From the IMG/VR virus record IMGVR_UViG_3300023174_003433, positions 53,728-117,727 of that record: DNA of 64,000 bases. The stretch is one strand, 5' to 3'. Below, piece after piece: positions 37,908 to 46,651 of the stretch (the stretch's first letter is position 1; each line of letters starts with the position of its first letter). Under the pieces are notes generated by a model that saw only the letters and a program-made list of their open reading frames with translations, made no database searches and was not told where the DNA came from. Origin of the DNA: a virus. The position numbers and the translations under genes were made by a program.

Positions 37908-39424
37908 TGTATGCCCAACTTTAATTTTTTATATTCTAAAATGGTTTGATCCGCTTCTCGTATTTTTTTATTTAAAAAAGACTTGTCAAAATTGCCATCA
38001 ATAATGTCTTTAATATCAACACCCATACCAACCAATTCATAAACATCATGGTTGATACTAACTCCCTTATCGGCATTTCCATAAATCGATTTACCAGCTT
38101 TAATTCTGTGTTTTTCGGTCTCAATATTTAATTGATTAGTAATTGTTCTGGCCGTGTGCCAGTTCGTATATTTGTTTTTCCATATCATCACACCATTATT
38201 ATCCGTACCATATTTTATATCATCATCAACTTTTGGTATGGAATATTCTCCTGGTAACAGTTCAGTATAACCCCATTTGTCATATTCTTTTTCAAATTCA
38301 CTTAGGCGGCTTATTGAACCTTTTCTAATTAACAACGGCCACCAATCCCAATTATCGAACACTTCAAAGTTTTGGTCAAGTAACATTTGTTGGCTTTTAA
38401 TCACACTAGAGATTGGTTCTCCTGGTAAACCACAAATCATACCAGTATATGTATAGATTGGTTTGTATTTCTTTAATTGCCTAATTGCCTCAAACTGTCT
38501 TTCATTATCTAATCCTTTGCCAATGGCTTTCTTTGCTTCTGGATGAAATGTTTCTAAACCAAAAGTTGCAGCGACTAATCCTGTATCGGCCAACATTGGA
38601 ATTGTTTCAGGAAAAGCCTCAATTAAATCTGCTCTGAGAAATGCTGTATATGTTATTTTTATTCCACTTTTAGCAATTGCTTCAGCAACATATTCCAATT
38701 TAACTACATTATCATTAAAGGTATCATCATTAAACCAATAATTATTGACACCAAACATTTCATAATTTCTTCTCAACTCAGCAGATAGGTTATCCACATG
38801 ACGAATATAATCATTCTTTTTTTTACCTAAAAGTGGAAAGGCACAAAATCTACATCTAAAAATACAACCTCTACTAATTTCAATCGGTAAAAAATTGTTT
38901 TTAATCAAATCACTTTCCAACCATTTGATTGTCAGGTCGCTAGAATCATTCTTGTATAACATTTCCGCATTGATTGATTTTGTTCCACGATAAGGCACCC
39001 ACGGCAAATCATTCAAAAGCTTTTTATTAAGAAATTTCATGTAGTGTAACATGGCTTCTTCAGAATACCCCCAAACAATTCTATCTACTTGTGTCAAATC
39101 AACACCTTCAATAGGAGTTTCACTACCACCAATTAGTGTTTGTACTTTTGGATATTTTTCTTTGATGTGTTTGAATAGATAATTAATTTTATCGAATGCA
39201 TATATGAATGTTATACTGATACCAATAAACAAAGTTTTTGGTCCAATATATCTTTCACAAAGTAGTTCTAGTTCTCTTTCAGTAAAATTACCAAAATAAT
39301 CTATAACTTCAATATTGTAATTGTGTTGTTCTAAAAAAGTTCTTAGGCGTGCGGCACCAGCAGGACGACTAATTGTCCTAGTTCTTTCCATACCAGTGAA
39401 TATAATACCATGCCGATCATCCAT
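37904..39424 (-). CDS. Class B (cobalamin-binding-type) radical SAM enzyme
   Basis: N-terminal Rossmann-like B12 domain (GAA.L..FL, IGISIT, LIGGS, G.SEE), IEISRGCIFRCRFC, DDTFND, GLET.H...K.IGKG, I.GLPGE. Confidence 0.85.
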   Translation of the reverse strand: MDDRHGIIFTGMERTRTISRPAGAARLRTFLEQHNYNIEVIDYFGNFTERELELLCERYIGPKTLFIGISITFIYAFDKINYLFKHIKEKYPKVQTLIGGSETPIEGVDLTQVDRIVWGYSEEAMLHYMKFLNKKLLNDLPWVPYRGTKSINAEMLYKNDSSDLTIKWLESDLIKNNFLPIEISRGCIFRCRFCAFPLLGKKKNDYIRHVDNLSAELRRNYEMFGVNNYWFNDDTFNDNVVKLEYVAEAIAKSGIKITYTAFLRADLIEAFPETIPMLADTGLVAATFGLETFHPEAKKAIGKGLDNERQFEAIRQLKKYKPIYTYTGMICGLPGEPISSVIKSQQMLLDQNFEVFDNWDWWPLLIRKGSISRLSEFEKEYDKWGYTELLPGEYSIPKVDDDIKYGTDNNGVMIWKNKYTNWHTARTITNQLNIETEKHRIKAGKSIYGNADKGVSINHDVYELVGMGVDIKDIIDGNFDKSFLNKKIREADQTILEYKKLKLGIQ

Positions 39425-39427
39425 AAT

Positions 39428-40201
39428 TTATTTTTTAGTTAAATATTTTTCTTTGATTGCTTCAAAGAAATCAATATCTTCTTCAGTCAATTCAACACTT
39501 TCAATTTTTTCCATTTGGCCACGAATATAGTTACGATACAATTCAAAATCACCTTCATATTTAAAATTCTTTGTAATTTTTTTTGTATCGTAAGCATCCA
39601 TAATAATATGGTACCGATCTTCGTCAGAATCATTTCTAATTTGGTGCCAAAGATTTGTCCAAAGAATCCAAACACCACCATCTGCCGGCATGTGTAGATT
39701 TTTACCTTGGCATATGTGAACAGATTTTTTATTAGTCCACAATGGTATGTGTATGCGGGTCATATATTCGGAAGAATTTGCATCTCTATGAATTAAACTC
39801 TTTGAGTGTGCTTTTAGACAAGCAACTCTCGCTCTACACGGAGTTAATCCAAGCTCACGCAAATCATCCAATACTTTTTTAATTTCACCAACATACGCTT
39901 CTGTTGGTTTGTCATGTTCTAATCCATGATAAATGTTAAAATGTTTATATGCTTTCCAAATTAATTCTTGTGTAGGTAAAAAGGACTCTAATGTTTGTCC
40001 TTGTTCTAGTTGAATTGCTTCCCAGCCATCAGTCCATGTGGCATTTCTACTCAACAAACTCCAACCACCAAAACCATGATATTTTGGTGTTTCATATTCT
40101 TTACCTTGAACAACTTGGTCACCTAAAATGAAAACACTTTCACGGACTTCTTTTTTTAATTTTTCAATATCAACTGTATAATCTAATTTTTCAAAAAACA
40201 T
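39428..40201 (-). CDS. Fe(II)/2OG oxygenase, Asp/Asn beta-hydroxylase-like
   Basis: RARV..L......IHRD, RIHIPLWTN, HMPADG......T...H...N.S.EDRYHII. Confidence 0.8.
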   Translation of the reverse strand: MFFEKLDYTVDIEKLKKEVRESVFILGDQVVQGKEYETPKYHGFGGWSLLSRNATWTDGWEAIQLEQGQTLESFLPTQELIWKAYKHFNIYHGLEHDKPTEAYVGEIKKVLDDLRELGLTPCRARVACLKAHSKSLIHRDANSSEYMTRIHIPLWTNKKSVHICQGKNLHMPADGGVWILWTNLWHQIRNDSDEDRYHIIMDAYDTKKITKNFKYEGDFELYRNYIRGQMEKIESVELTEEDIDFFEAIKEKYLTKK

Positions 40202-40212
40202 TTTTATTTCCT

Positions 40213-40881
40213 TTATAAATTTCCAGTTTCTTTTAACATTTCGTACACTTGTTCATAGTTATAGTGTCTGGTTCTTAAAGCAAAAGCTTTTCTAAGTTTT
40301 GTGCCATCCAATGGTTCAACATTATGTGCCACACTAACATCTAACAAATACGCTTCATTCTTATTAGCGACAAATGAACCAATTTCATACACATCGTCAA
40401 AAGTATATACTGCATCAACATATGTAATTTCTTCACAAGTGGGCATATTTTGTTTCTCAGCTACAAACTCTTTAACTTTAGTTTTTAAATCTTCCACATT
40501 AATATCTTTTGCTTGCATATTGCCAGTTGTAACCTCTGTGTGCCTATCTTCTTCTGTTTTCCAAGAATTTGCACCTGGTTTTGCTTTCCAAAAAATAGTT
40601 TTATAATCTCCTGGTTCATAATAAAAATTAATTGTTGTTATAAAATCATTATCAACATGAGGTAACAATAAACTATTAATTGACATTCTCGTTACTTGAA
40701 AATCTTTCCAATACCTTTCTGGAATAACTTTATATAAAGTTTCACGTTCAGGTTCTGGTGTCCAAATTGTACTGTGTCTTACTCCTAATCCATATTTTCC
40801 TGCAAATGAATCAGCCTGACCTTTTGGTATAATTGTGTGTGGCATATATTCATAGAGGTGTTTTAATTTAACAAATGCCAT
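40213..40881 (-). CDS. Divergent Fe(II)/2OG-type (double-stranded beta-helix) oxygenase
   Basis: LLPHVD.....TINFY ... YLLDVSVAHNV ... R; HxD...H triad. Confidence 0.65.
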   Translation of the reverse strand: MAFVKLKHLYEYMPHTIIPKGQADSFAGKYGLGVRHSTIWTPEPERETLYKVIPERYWKDFQVTRMSINSLLLPHVDNDFITTINFYYEPGDYKTIFWKAKPGANSWKTEEDRHTEVTTGNMQAKDINVEDLKTKVKEFVAEKQNMPTCEEITYVDAVYTFDDVYEIGSFVANKNEAYLLDVSVAHNVEPLDGTKLRKAFALRTRHYNYEQVYEMLKETGNL

Positions 40882-41401
40882 TACCTGTTTCCTTTAACAT
40901 TTTAAGGACATCTTCATACTTATGTATGAAAGTTCCTAGTGTAAGTGCTTTTCTTAAATTAAAATTCCCTTGTACGCCGTGTATTTGAGTTACATCAAGT
41001 AACCAAATTTCAAAATCTTTGGCAATAAAACTATCTACCTCAATCAAATCTTCTTCAAAATAAATGTGACCATTAGTTTGATTTTTAACCTGTATAGTTT
41101 TTAAATCATTATTTTTTGGTTTATAAAATACAGTTTTACAACCTTCTGTTTGCAAATAAAAATTAATTGAAGTAATTATTTCCGTGTCTGTGTGAGGAGG
41201 TATTATACAGTCAATTGTCATTATTGTCAAGTGAAAATCTTGCCAATACCTTCTTGGTAATATACCATAAAGTTTTTCTGCTTCGGGTGACCATATCTTT
41301 TTGTAATCAATACCCTTGCCATTATCACCTTTAAATGATTTTAACGGATCGGTAATTGCATAAAGTGGTTTTTCAAATGTTTTTTCCAATCTGGCAAACA
41401 T
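40868..41401 (-). CDS. Divergent Fe(II)/2OG-type oxygenase, paralogue of 40213..40881
   Basis: IPPHTD.....SINFY ... WLLDVTQIHGV ... RKA; both proteins share MLKETGN near the C-terminus. Confidence 0.65.
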   Translation of the reverse strand: MFARLEKTFEKPLYAITDPLKSFKGDNGKGIDYKKIWSPEAEKLYGILPRRYWQDFHLTIMTIDCIIPPHTDTEIITSINFYLQTEGCKTVFYKPKNNDLKTIQVKNQTNGHIYFEEDLIEVDSFIAKDFEIWLLDVTQIHGVQGNFNLRKALTLGTFIHKYEDVLKMLKETGNGIC

Positions 41402-42111
41402 TACTCAAGTTTCCACTCTTTGATTTTGGACATTCTGCCTGCCCAACTTTTTAAGATAACAGTATTTGATGCGTCTTTATCGACTACTTTTCTTAGGTCG
41501 GTCGATAATGAAATTCTTAAATCATCTGATTTGTTTTCATCAATACCATGTAACACATAAGACGGGAAGAAAATTAATCTACCTTCAACGGGTTTATATC
41601 TACGTTCACGCATGAAAGGACTGCCACTTAAACGATTATTCTCCCAATCAATGGCATGAGAAGAATCAAATGCCACTAAATCACCACAACCTTCTTTGGC
41701 TTTGATGTAATATGTTGCAGCAATTGCTGATTCAGTATGTCCGTGTACTTCAAGTCTTTCACCTGGTTCCCGTACATTGACCCAACCCATGAAATGTTCA
41801 CAACCACGAATATTTAACATACGAAGTTGTGGTATGTTCTGTACAATTTTTCTAGTTACAATATCAATAATTTCTTGTTTAAGTATATCTAAATTGGGTC
41901 TGCTGTAGTCCCATATACTATTATGAGGATCTCTATCTACACCTAAGGCAATATTTTTACCAATGGCATAAATTTCTTCTAATAAAACTTCATTGAATGA
42001 TGTATCGAATTTGGTTTGTTCTTCCCAGATTGGGCTTTGCCAAAACATATTTTGTGCATTTTGATACCAATGATAACGATCCCTATCAGCTTTTGTTTTA
42101 AAACTATTCAT
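41401..42111 (-). CDS. Fe(II)/2OG oxygenase (TIGR02466-like)
   Basis: WVNV...G.....HGH, A.YY, P.EG.LIFFPSY..HG...NKS...RISLS. Confidence 0.82.
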   Translation of the reverse strand: MNSFKTKADRDRYHWYQNAQNMFWQSPIWEEQTKFDTSFNEVLLEEIYAIGKNIALGVDRDPHNSIWDYSRPNLDILKQEIIDIVTRKIVQNIPQLRMLNIRGCEHFMGWVNVREPGERLEVHGHTESAIAATYYIKAKEGCGDLVAFDSSHAIDWENNRLSGSPFMRERRYKPVEGRLIFFPSYVLHGIDENKSDDLRISLSTDLRKVVDKDASNTVILKSWAGRMSKIKEWKLE

Positions 42112-42123
42112 AATAAAATATTA

Positions 42124-42510
42124 CTACTTATTTTCTTTTGCAAAGAGCTCTGCGTGAAGTCTTAATCTTTCCATTTTAGCTTGATGTGCTTCTTCTGTTA
42201 TGTCAGCATCTTTTGCCATGTCTAAAGCGTATCGATATTCTTCTATAGGATTTCTTTCTTCATCTTGAAAAACCCATCCGGCACCAATACTTTTAACAGC
42301 TACTTGCAAAGGAGATTTCCATACTCTATCTAAAATATCCCCATAATTCTGTTCAATTAAATAAACTTCTTCTTTTTCTTCTGGTGAAAGTTTCAAGTAA
42401 TTTTGTTCGAAAATAGTTTTAAAAAATTCTCCCACACACATTGGGTTGAATATAATTGTATTGCCATCATGTGTTGTTAAAGTTTCTAATGAAGTAAAAG
42501 TATTTTTCAT
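42124..42510 (-). CDS. Hypothetical protein in the modification cluster
   Basis: 128-aa ORF overlapping its upstream neighbour. Confidence 0.65.
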   Translation of the reverse strand: MKNTFTSLETLTTHDGNTIIFNPMCVGEFFKTIFEQNYLKLSPEEKEEVYLIEQNYGDILDRVWKSPLQVAVKSIGAGWVFQDEERNPIEEYRYALDMAKDADITEEAHQAKMERLRLHAELFAKENK

Positions 42511-42830
42511 TGTTTATCCAGCCATAATTTATATTCTCGAATTAATTCGTTATTTACACCTTTTCTTAAAGCCACAGGCAAAAATACTATAGAATTTAAC
42601 ATTGAATTTCCATATAAATTAGTTATCATTTTTTCATGGTCTGTTACCATCTTAAAATATCTTTCTTTATCTTGTTTTGAAAAAGAACTAATAATTTCAT
42701 AACTAATGACATTGGCAAAATAAGAAACATGGTCATGTATATACTGGCCATTATCGTCTGCAGTTATTTCAACCGCTTTAAGTTTTCCTTTAGGTTTTTT
42801 CTTTATAAAGGTTTTTCTTAATTCTTTCAT
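42507..42830 (-). CDS. Hypothetical protein in the modification cluster
   Basis: 107-aa ORF coupled (TAATG) to the Cys-rich gene. Confidence 0.65.
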   Translation of the reverse strand: MKELRKTFIKKKPKGKLKAVEITADDNGQYIHDHVSYFANVISYEIISSFSKQDKERYFKMVTDHEKMITNLYGNSMLNSIVFLPVALRKGVNNELIREYKLWLDKQ

Positions 42831-43732
42831 TAAACAATTTTCCTTTGTGGTGTCAATTTTTCAATCATTCGGCCAAGTTCAGCAACTAGTTTAAACATGA
42901 CAAAAATAACAACAAGAGATGCACCTTTAATGAATCCTGGTTTCTTTTTACTTGGACCAAACCAACGGCGCCATACACCCACAACTTTACAAATTGGTAT
43001 GCCAAAAATCATTAACATTTTACCGGCAATACTACCAGTTTCTTTTTCGCCCATCATATAGGCCATTTCTTCAGCCCAAGGTGTTGCAATATCATAAGCC
43101 CAAGATGTTGACCATTTCTTGGCAGCAATACTAAATTCTTCGTCATTCATCCAAGGCATCATTTTTGGACCTTTACCTTCCATCCAATCAACGACAATTT
43201 CAGCCCATGCTCTGTAACCATTGTAAATGTCTGGATTGGTCTTAATTAGTCTTTCACCAAATGCTTGGTCGGCTTCAAAAATGCTTTGCTTCATAAGGCC
43301 AATTTCAAATAATTTAGTACAAATAATTTTACTACAATTACAATCATATGTGAAGCAATTTTGGTCACTTGTACAATTATATGTGGGTGTTGGCGAAATT
43401 TGACAATTTCCCGTTTGCAACCAAGATTGTGTGTCACAGTTGGCAGCACCTATGTTGGTACAATTATTTGTTGTATAGCATTGAATTGCCTCTCCGCCAC
43501 CACAGTTACTACAGTTGCAATTAGTTACGTTACCATTATTGCAGTTACCCTGGTCATTCTGTAAAAAATAACTTAATCCCCAAAACCCAGCCAAATTTGG
43601 CGTACCTGGTCGTATACCCGGTTTTATGTAATCGTTCAAAAAAGTTAAATCAGCAGCGGTTCCTACAGGAATTCCGAGCTCGGTTTCAATATCCGCTATG
43701 CCAATTGGTTGTCCTGAAGATGGTAATGTCAT
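42830..43732 (-). CDS. Asn-Cys-repeat protein: adhesin-type N-terminus, 12-Cys core, KIICT C-terminal domain; putative substrate of the cluster
   Basis: MTLPSSGQPIGIADIETELG start; Cys at 64,72,74,77,85,91,99,110,120,126,131,133; SKIICTKL..G...IF.AD..FG...YNGY..WA. Confidence 0.75.
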   Translation of the reverse strand: MTLPSSGQPIGIADIETELGIPVGTAADLTFLNDYIKPGIRPGTPNLAGFWGLSYFLQNDQGNCNNGNVTNCNCSNCGGGEAIQCYTTNNCTNIGAANCDTQSWLQTGNCQISPTPTYNCTSDQNCFTYDCNCSKIICTKLFEIGLMKQSIFEADQAFGERLIKTNPDIYNGYRAWAEIVVDWMEGKGPKMMPWMNDEEFSIAAKKWSTSWAYDIATPWAEEMAYMMGEKETGSIAGKMLMIFGIPICKVVGVWRRWFGPSKKKPGFIKGASLVVIFVMFKLVAELGRMIEKLTPQRKIV

Positions 43733-43765
43733 TTTTACACACTTTTTAAAAGGTTATTATTTTAT

Positions 43766-43773
43766 TATTTATA
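43766..43773 (-). promoter_or_regulatory. T4 late promoter TATAAATA upstream of the Cys-rich gene
   Basis: Exact consensus overlapping the radical SAM stop codon, ~33 nt upstream of the ATG at 43732. Confidence 0.75.
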
Positions 43774-45223
43774 CTTCCAAACGAGATTTGCCGTATACAG
43801 GAACATCGTCTACTTGACCAACAATTTCTTTTACAACTTTAATTGGTATGATTTTTTTATTGGATTTTTCTTCTTCATGTTGAAAGATAGTACCAAAAAT
43901 GTCTTGTCTATCTAATGGTAAAGTATCACTCTTAATTAAAGTGGGTACATATCCATTGGTTATTAAGGTGAATGCCGAAGCAAACAAAGCCACATTATCT
44001 GAATAGGCATTGGCACATGAGATGTCCCAAAACTTTTCATCCAAGAACATACAGGCACCTTTACAAATGTGTAGTACAGGACACTCAGGACATTCTTTAC
44101 GATTTGACCAATGAGTAACTGATTTGAGTTCTACGTTTGAATAATCACTCAAATTACCACCATGATGTGATTCTCCATTCTTTGAGATTTCTAAAGAACT
44201 GACATTTTGACAGGTCATTACATTTCCACGTAAATCCACTGCAATGGTATGTTCGTCATCCATACCACATTTTTGGCCTAAGTATTTTGCTTCTGAGTGA
44301 TTTAAAATAGATTGAATCAAACTGTCAATTTTACCCAATTGAGCAACAAATCCTATTTTACCTCCAGTACCATACAATTCACCAAAAGCTTTTTTTCTGA
44401 ATTCAAAATGTTCTTTTTTTGTAATTAAAGAGTTTGAAATGCCTTCTTCATCATAAGCATCAACCAAAGAACCTTCACCAAGTTTAACGTCCTCATCACC
44501 AGTTAAATTCACAAACCAATCATAAATTTCTTTTCTACTTTGATTTTTAGAATTCAACATCGAATTAAAACTAAATTTTTTACCTAAACGAGTCATCATT
44601 CTATAAAACCCAAGAATAGTTTCTTTCTTTTCTGGATCGTCAAAAGGATCTGGACCACGAACAAATTGACCAGGACCATCATGTGATATGGCTACAGAAA
44701 AGTCCATCATCATCAACCAATCAATGATTTCATCTGTCAAAATAGAACCATTTGTAATAATACTAAATCTTGGTTTAGTTTTCCAATCATCAAATTTTTC
44801 AGCGATAGCCTCAGCCAAAGGTTTTAATGTTTTCCAATACACAAGAGGTTCACCACCCCAAAATTCGATTGCCAATCCAACATCTTCATCAAAATGTAAA
44901 GATTCTAATTTTTCCATGAAAGCATCGATGTCTTTCTTTGATGTTTCTGGTTGACGTTCAACAAATTTTTGAGAACAATAATCACAAGAATAATTACAAC
45001 TTAAACCCATTTGGATTTTTAAAGTACTAATTAATTTGGCCTTCTTTAATGGATGATTTTTATCAAAAGACTTAAATGGTTTTAAGTTAAAATTTTGTCT
45101 TTGATTTTCTGGATATTCAAAAATATTACCTTCTGCATCCTTTAAGACATTTGCAATGTTGTCATAATGGAAAATTTTTGTATCACCATCCTCAAATCTG
45201 GTGCCTTTAATTTCAAATAGCAT
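43769..45223 (-). CDS. Radical SAM/SPASM-domain maturase (anSME/peptide-maturase family)
   Basis: CNYSCDYC, FWGGEPL, ITNGS, ISHDG; SPASM cysteines KCG...VDLRGNVMTCQ...CPECPVLHICKGAC...C. Confidence 0.9.
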   Translation of the reverse strand: MLFEIKGTRFEDGDTKIFHYDNIANVLKDAEGNIFEYPENQRQNFNLKPFKSFDKNHPLKKAKLISTLKIQMGLSCNYSCDYCSQKFVERQPETSKKDIDAFMEKLESLHFDEDVGLAIEFWGGEPLVYWKTLKPLAEAIAEKFDDWKTKPRFSIITNGSILTDEIIDWLMMMDFSVAISHDGPGQFVRGPDPFDDPEKKETILGFYRMMTRLGKKFSFNSMLNSKNQSRKEIYDWFVNLTGDEDVKLGEGSLVDAYDEEGISNSLITKKEHFEFRKKAFGELYGTGGKIGFVAQLGKIDSLIQSILNHSEAKYLGQKCGMDDEHTIAVDLRGNVMTCQNVSSLEISKNGESHHGGNLSDYSNVELKSVTHWSNRKECPECPVLHICKGACMFLDEKFWDISCANAYSDNVALFASAFTLITNGYVPTLIKSDTLPLDRQDIFGTIFQHEEEKSNKKIIPIKVVKEIVGQVDDVPVYGKSRLEV

Positions 45224-45231
45224 TTGTTATC

Positions 45232-45381
45232 CTAAAAAATTCGTTTATGTAATTCGGTTCTAAATCGTTCTATTTCTCTTAGTTGTTTAACGTATTCAGC
45301 CAATTCTTGCCTTACTCTTTCCTTGTTCGCTGATTCGTAGTATAGCCGCTGTTGTTTTGACATCATTCTTTTTTTGCTCAT
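45232..45381 (-). CDS. Small basic helical protein (49 aa; absent from ORF track)
   Basis: MSKKRMMSKQQRLYYESANKERVRQELAEYVKQLREIERFRTELHKRIF*, SD AGGAG. Confidence 0.6.
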   Translation of the reverse strand: MSKKRMMSKQQRLYYESANKERVRQELAEYVKQLREIERFRTELHKRIF

Positions 45382-45498
45382 CAGGTCTCCTGTTATTTTT
45401 ATTATACTTGGATACTTTTTGAGCTTTTACTATGGGGGCAATTTTATCATTGACACCTCGTTGTTTAGTTAATAGAACAGGGAATTGAATATTCACAT

Positions 45499-45783
45499 TT
45501 ACCATTCTCTAGGCAACTTTGTTTTGTGTGATTTGTGTAAGGTATTTCCTGGTACGGTGGCTTTGATTCGTTCAATGACACCTTTTTCAAAGGCAGCATC
45601 AGCAGTTTTGGTACCAGGTACAGACATACGACCAGCATCCGAAAATACTGGTAGATTCTCGGCTGAATGATGACGTTCTAGGTGTGGGTTATTGGAGATG
45701 AATTCATCCAATACCGTATAGGACATACGGTGTTCTTCAATTGAATTGGTTTTTTTATTTAAAAAATCATATGTTGGCATCAA
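45499..45783 (-). CDS. FmdB-like small protein (lacks the zinc cysteines)
   Basis: MPTYDF.N..T...EE..MS...LD.F...NPHL pattern. Confidence 0.65.
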   Translation of the reverse strand: MMPTYDFLNKKTNSIEEHRMSYTVLDEFISNNPHLERHHSAENLPVFSDAGRMSVPGTKTADAAFEKGVIERIKATVPGNTLHKSHKTKLPREW

Positions 45784-46370
45784 AGGTACTCATGGGTAAG
45801 TGATGAATTCATTTTACGATACCATTCTTTCATAAAGGGTGGTACCTCTCTCTTATTTATCTTACCTTTCCATGACCAAAGATGTGATTTATTCATTTTG
45901 TAATAATTGTGATAGGACTTCAAGGAATCACCTGTCACCTTACATTCATCAGGCATGGCAGGTGTGGGACCAGTAAATTTACCTTTAGGTATATTGGTGG
46001 GCAATACCGCCAGATCAGGTATCAATCGTGCCGTAGCATGAACCTTGCCATAACGATAGGTAAATTCACTCAATAGTTCACACCACATATTATAAAGCCA
46101 CCGATAGTTTTCATTACTTTGGCGAACCCATATTGCAGAAGGATGATTCATCATAGTGGGTTTCATAAGGCGTTCTTCACGACCATCAGGCAACCGCCAT
46201 GCTTTGATTGACCGATTATTGGCCGACAATCTTTTGTATTCTTGGCCATCAAGCACTCGATGTGCTGTTGAAAGTAACTGAGCATACTCAATTACCATTT
46301 TGCAAACATGGCGGTCAACGTGCATTTGTGCACATTTTTTTACATCTTCATCAAGATAAAATATATTCAT
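45780..46370 (-). CDS. Pyrimidine-dimer DNA glycosylase (endonuclease V-like family)
   Basis: MNIFYLD.D...CAQMH.D.HV.KM..EYAQLLSTAHR, NHPSAIWVR, EFTYRYGK.H, PAMPD. Confidence 0.8.
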   Translation of the reverse strand: MNIFYLDEDVKKCAQMHVDRHVCKMVIEYAQLLSTAHRVLDGQEYKRLSANNRSIKAWRLPDGREERLMKPTMMNHPSAIWVRQSNENYRWLYNMWCELLSEFTYRYGKVHATARLIPDLAVLPTNIPKGKFTGPTPAMPDECKVTGDSLKSYHNYYKMNKSHLWSWKGKINKREVPPFMKEWYRKMNSSLTHEYL

Positions 46371-46651
46371 AGCATTCTAATTAGTCCAATTGTGTCGATT
46401 GTGGTGAGAAGAATATAATTAGCCAGCATACCAAATGATTTACGAGTATAGGAAGCCCAACCATACATAGCGCAACCGGCAATCCAAATAGGGTATAAGA
46501 TAAGAAGTGGGGGGTTGGGAACGGTGAGAGCCATAGTGATACTGCAACCAATGCTAATAGCCCAAGCAACGAGTTCAACCAGAAAACGTATTCTATTACT
46601 TTTCCAATCATCACGAATCCAATCAAACAGGTTATAAAATAAATCGTTCAC
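46367..46651 (-). CDS. Small multi-pass membrane protein
   Basis: Three hydrophobic segments. Confidence 0.7.
   Translation of the reverse strand: MNDLFYNLFDWIRDDWKSNRIRFLVELVAWAISIGCSITMALTVPNPPLLILYPIWIAGCAMYGWASYTRKSFGMLANYILLTTIDTIGLIRML

Noticed and set aside
37305-42111. Oxygenases and radical SAM as a DNA hypermodification pathway
   Set aside because: No linked nucleotide kinase, thymidylate-synthase-like, glycosyltransferase or TET/JBP-type gene; late promoter and an adjacent Cys/Asn-rich protein favour a protein substrate, though this is not proven
45296-45505. 69-aa ORF from the track
   Set aside because: Overlaps a better-supported ORF (45232..45381 with AGGAG); cannot be excluded but is not supported
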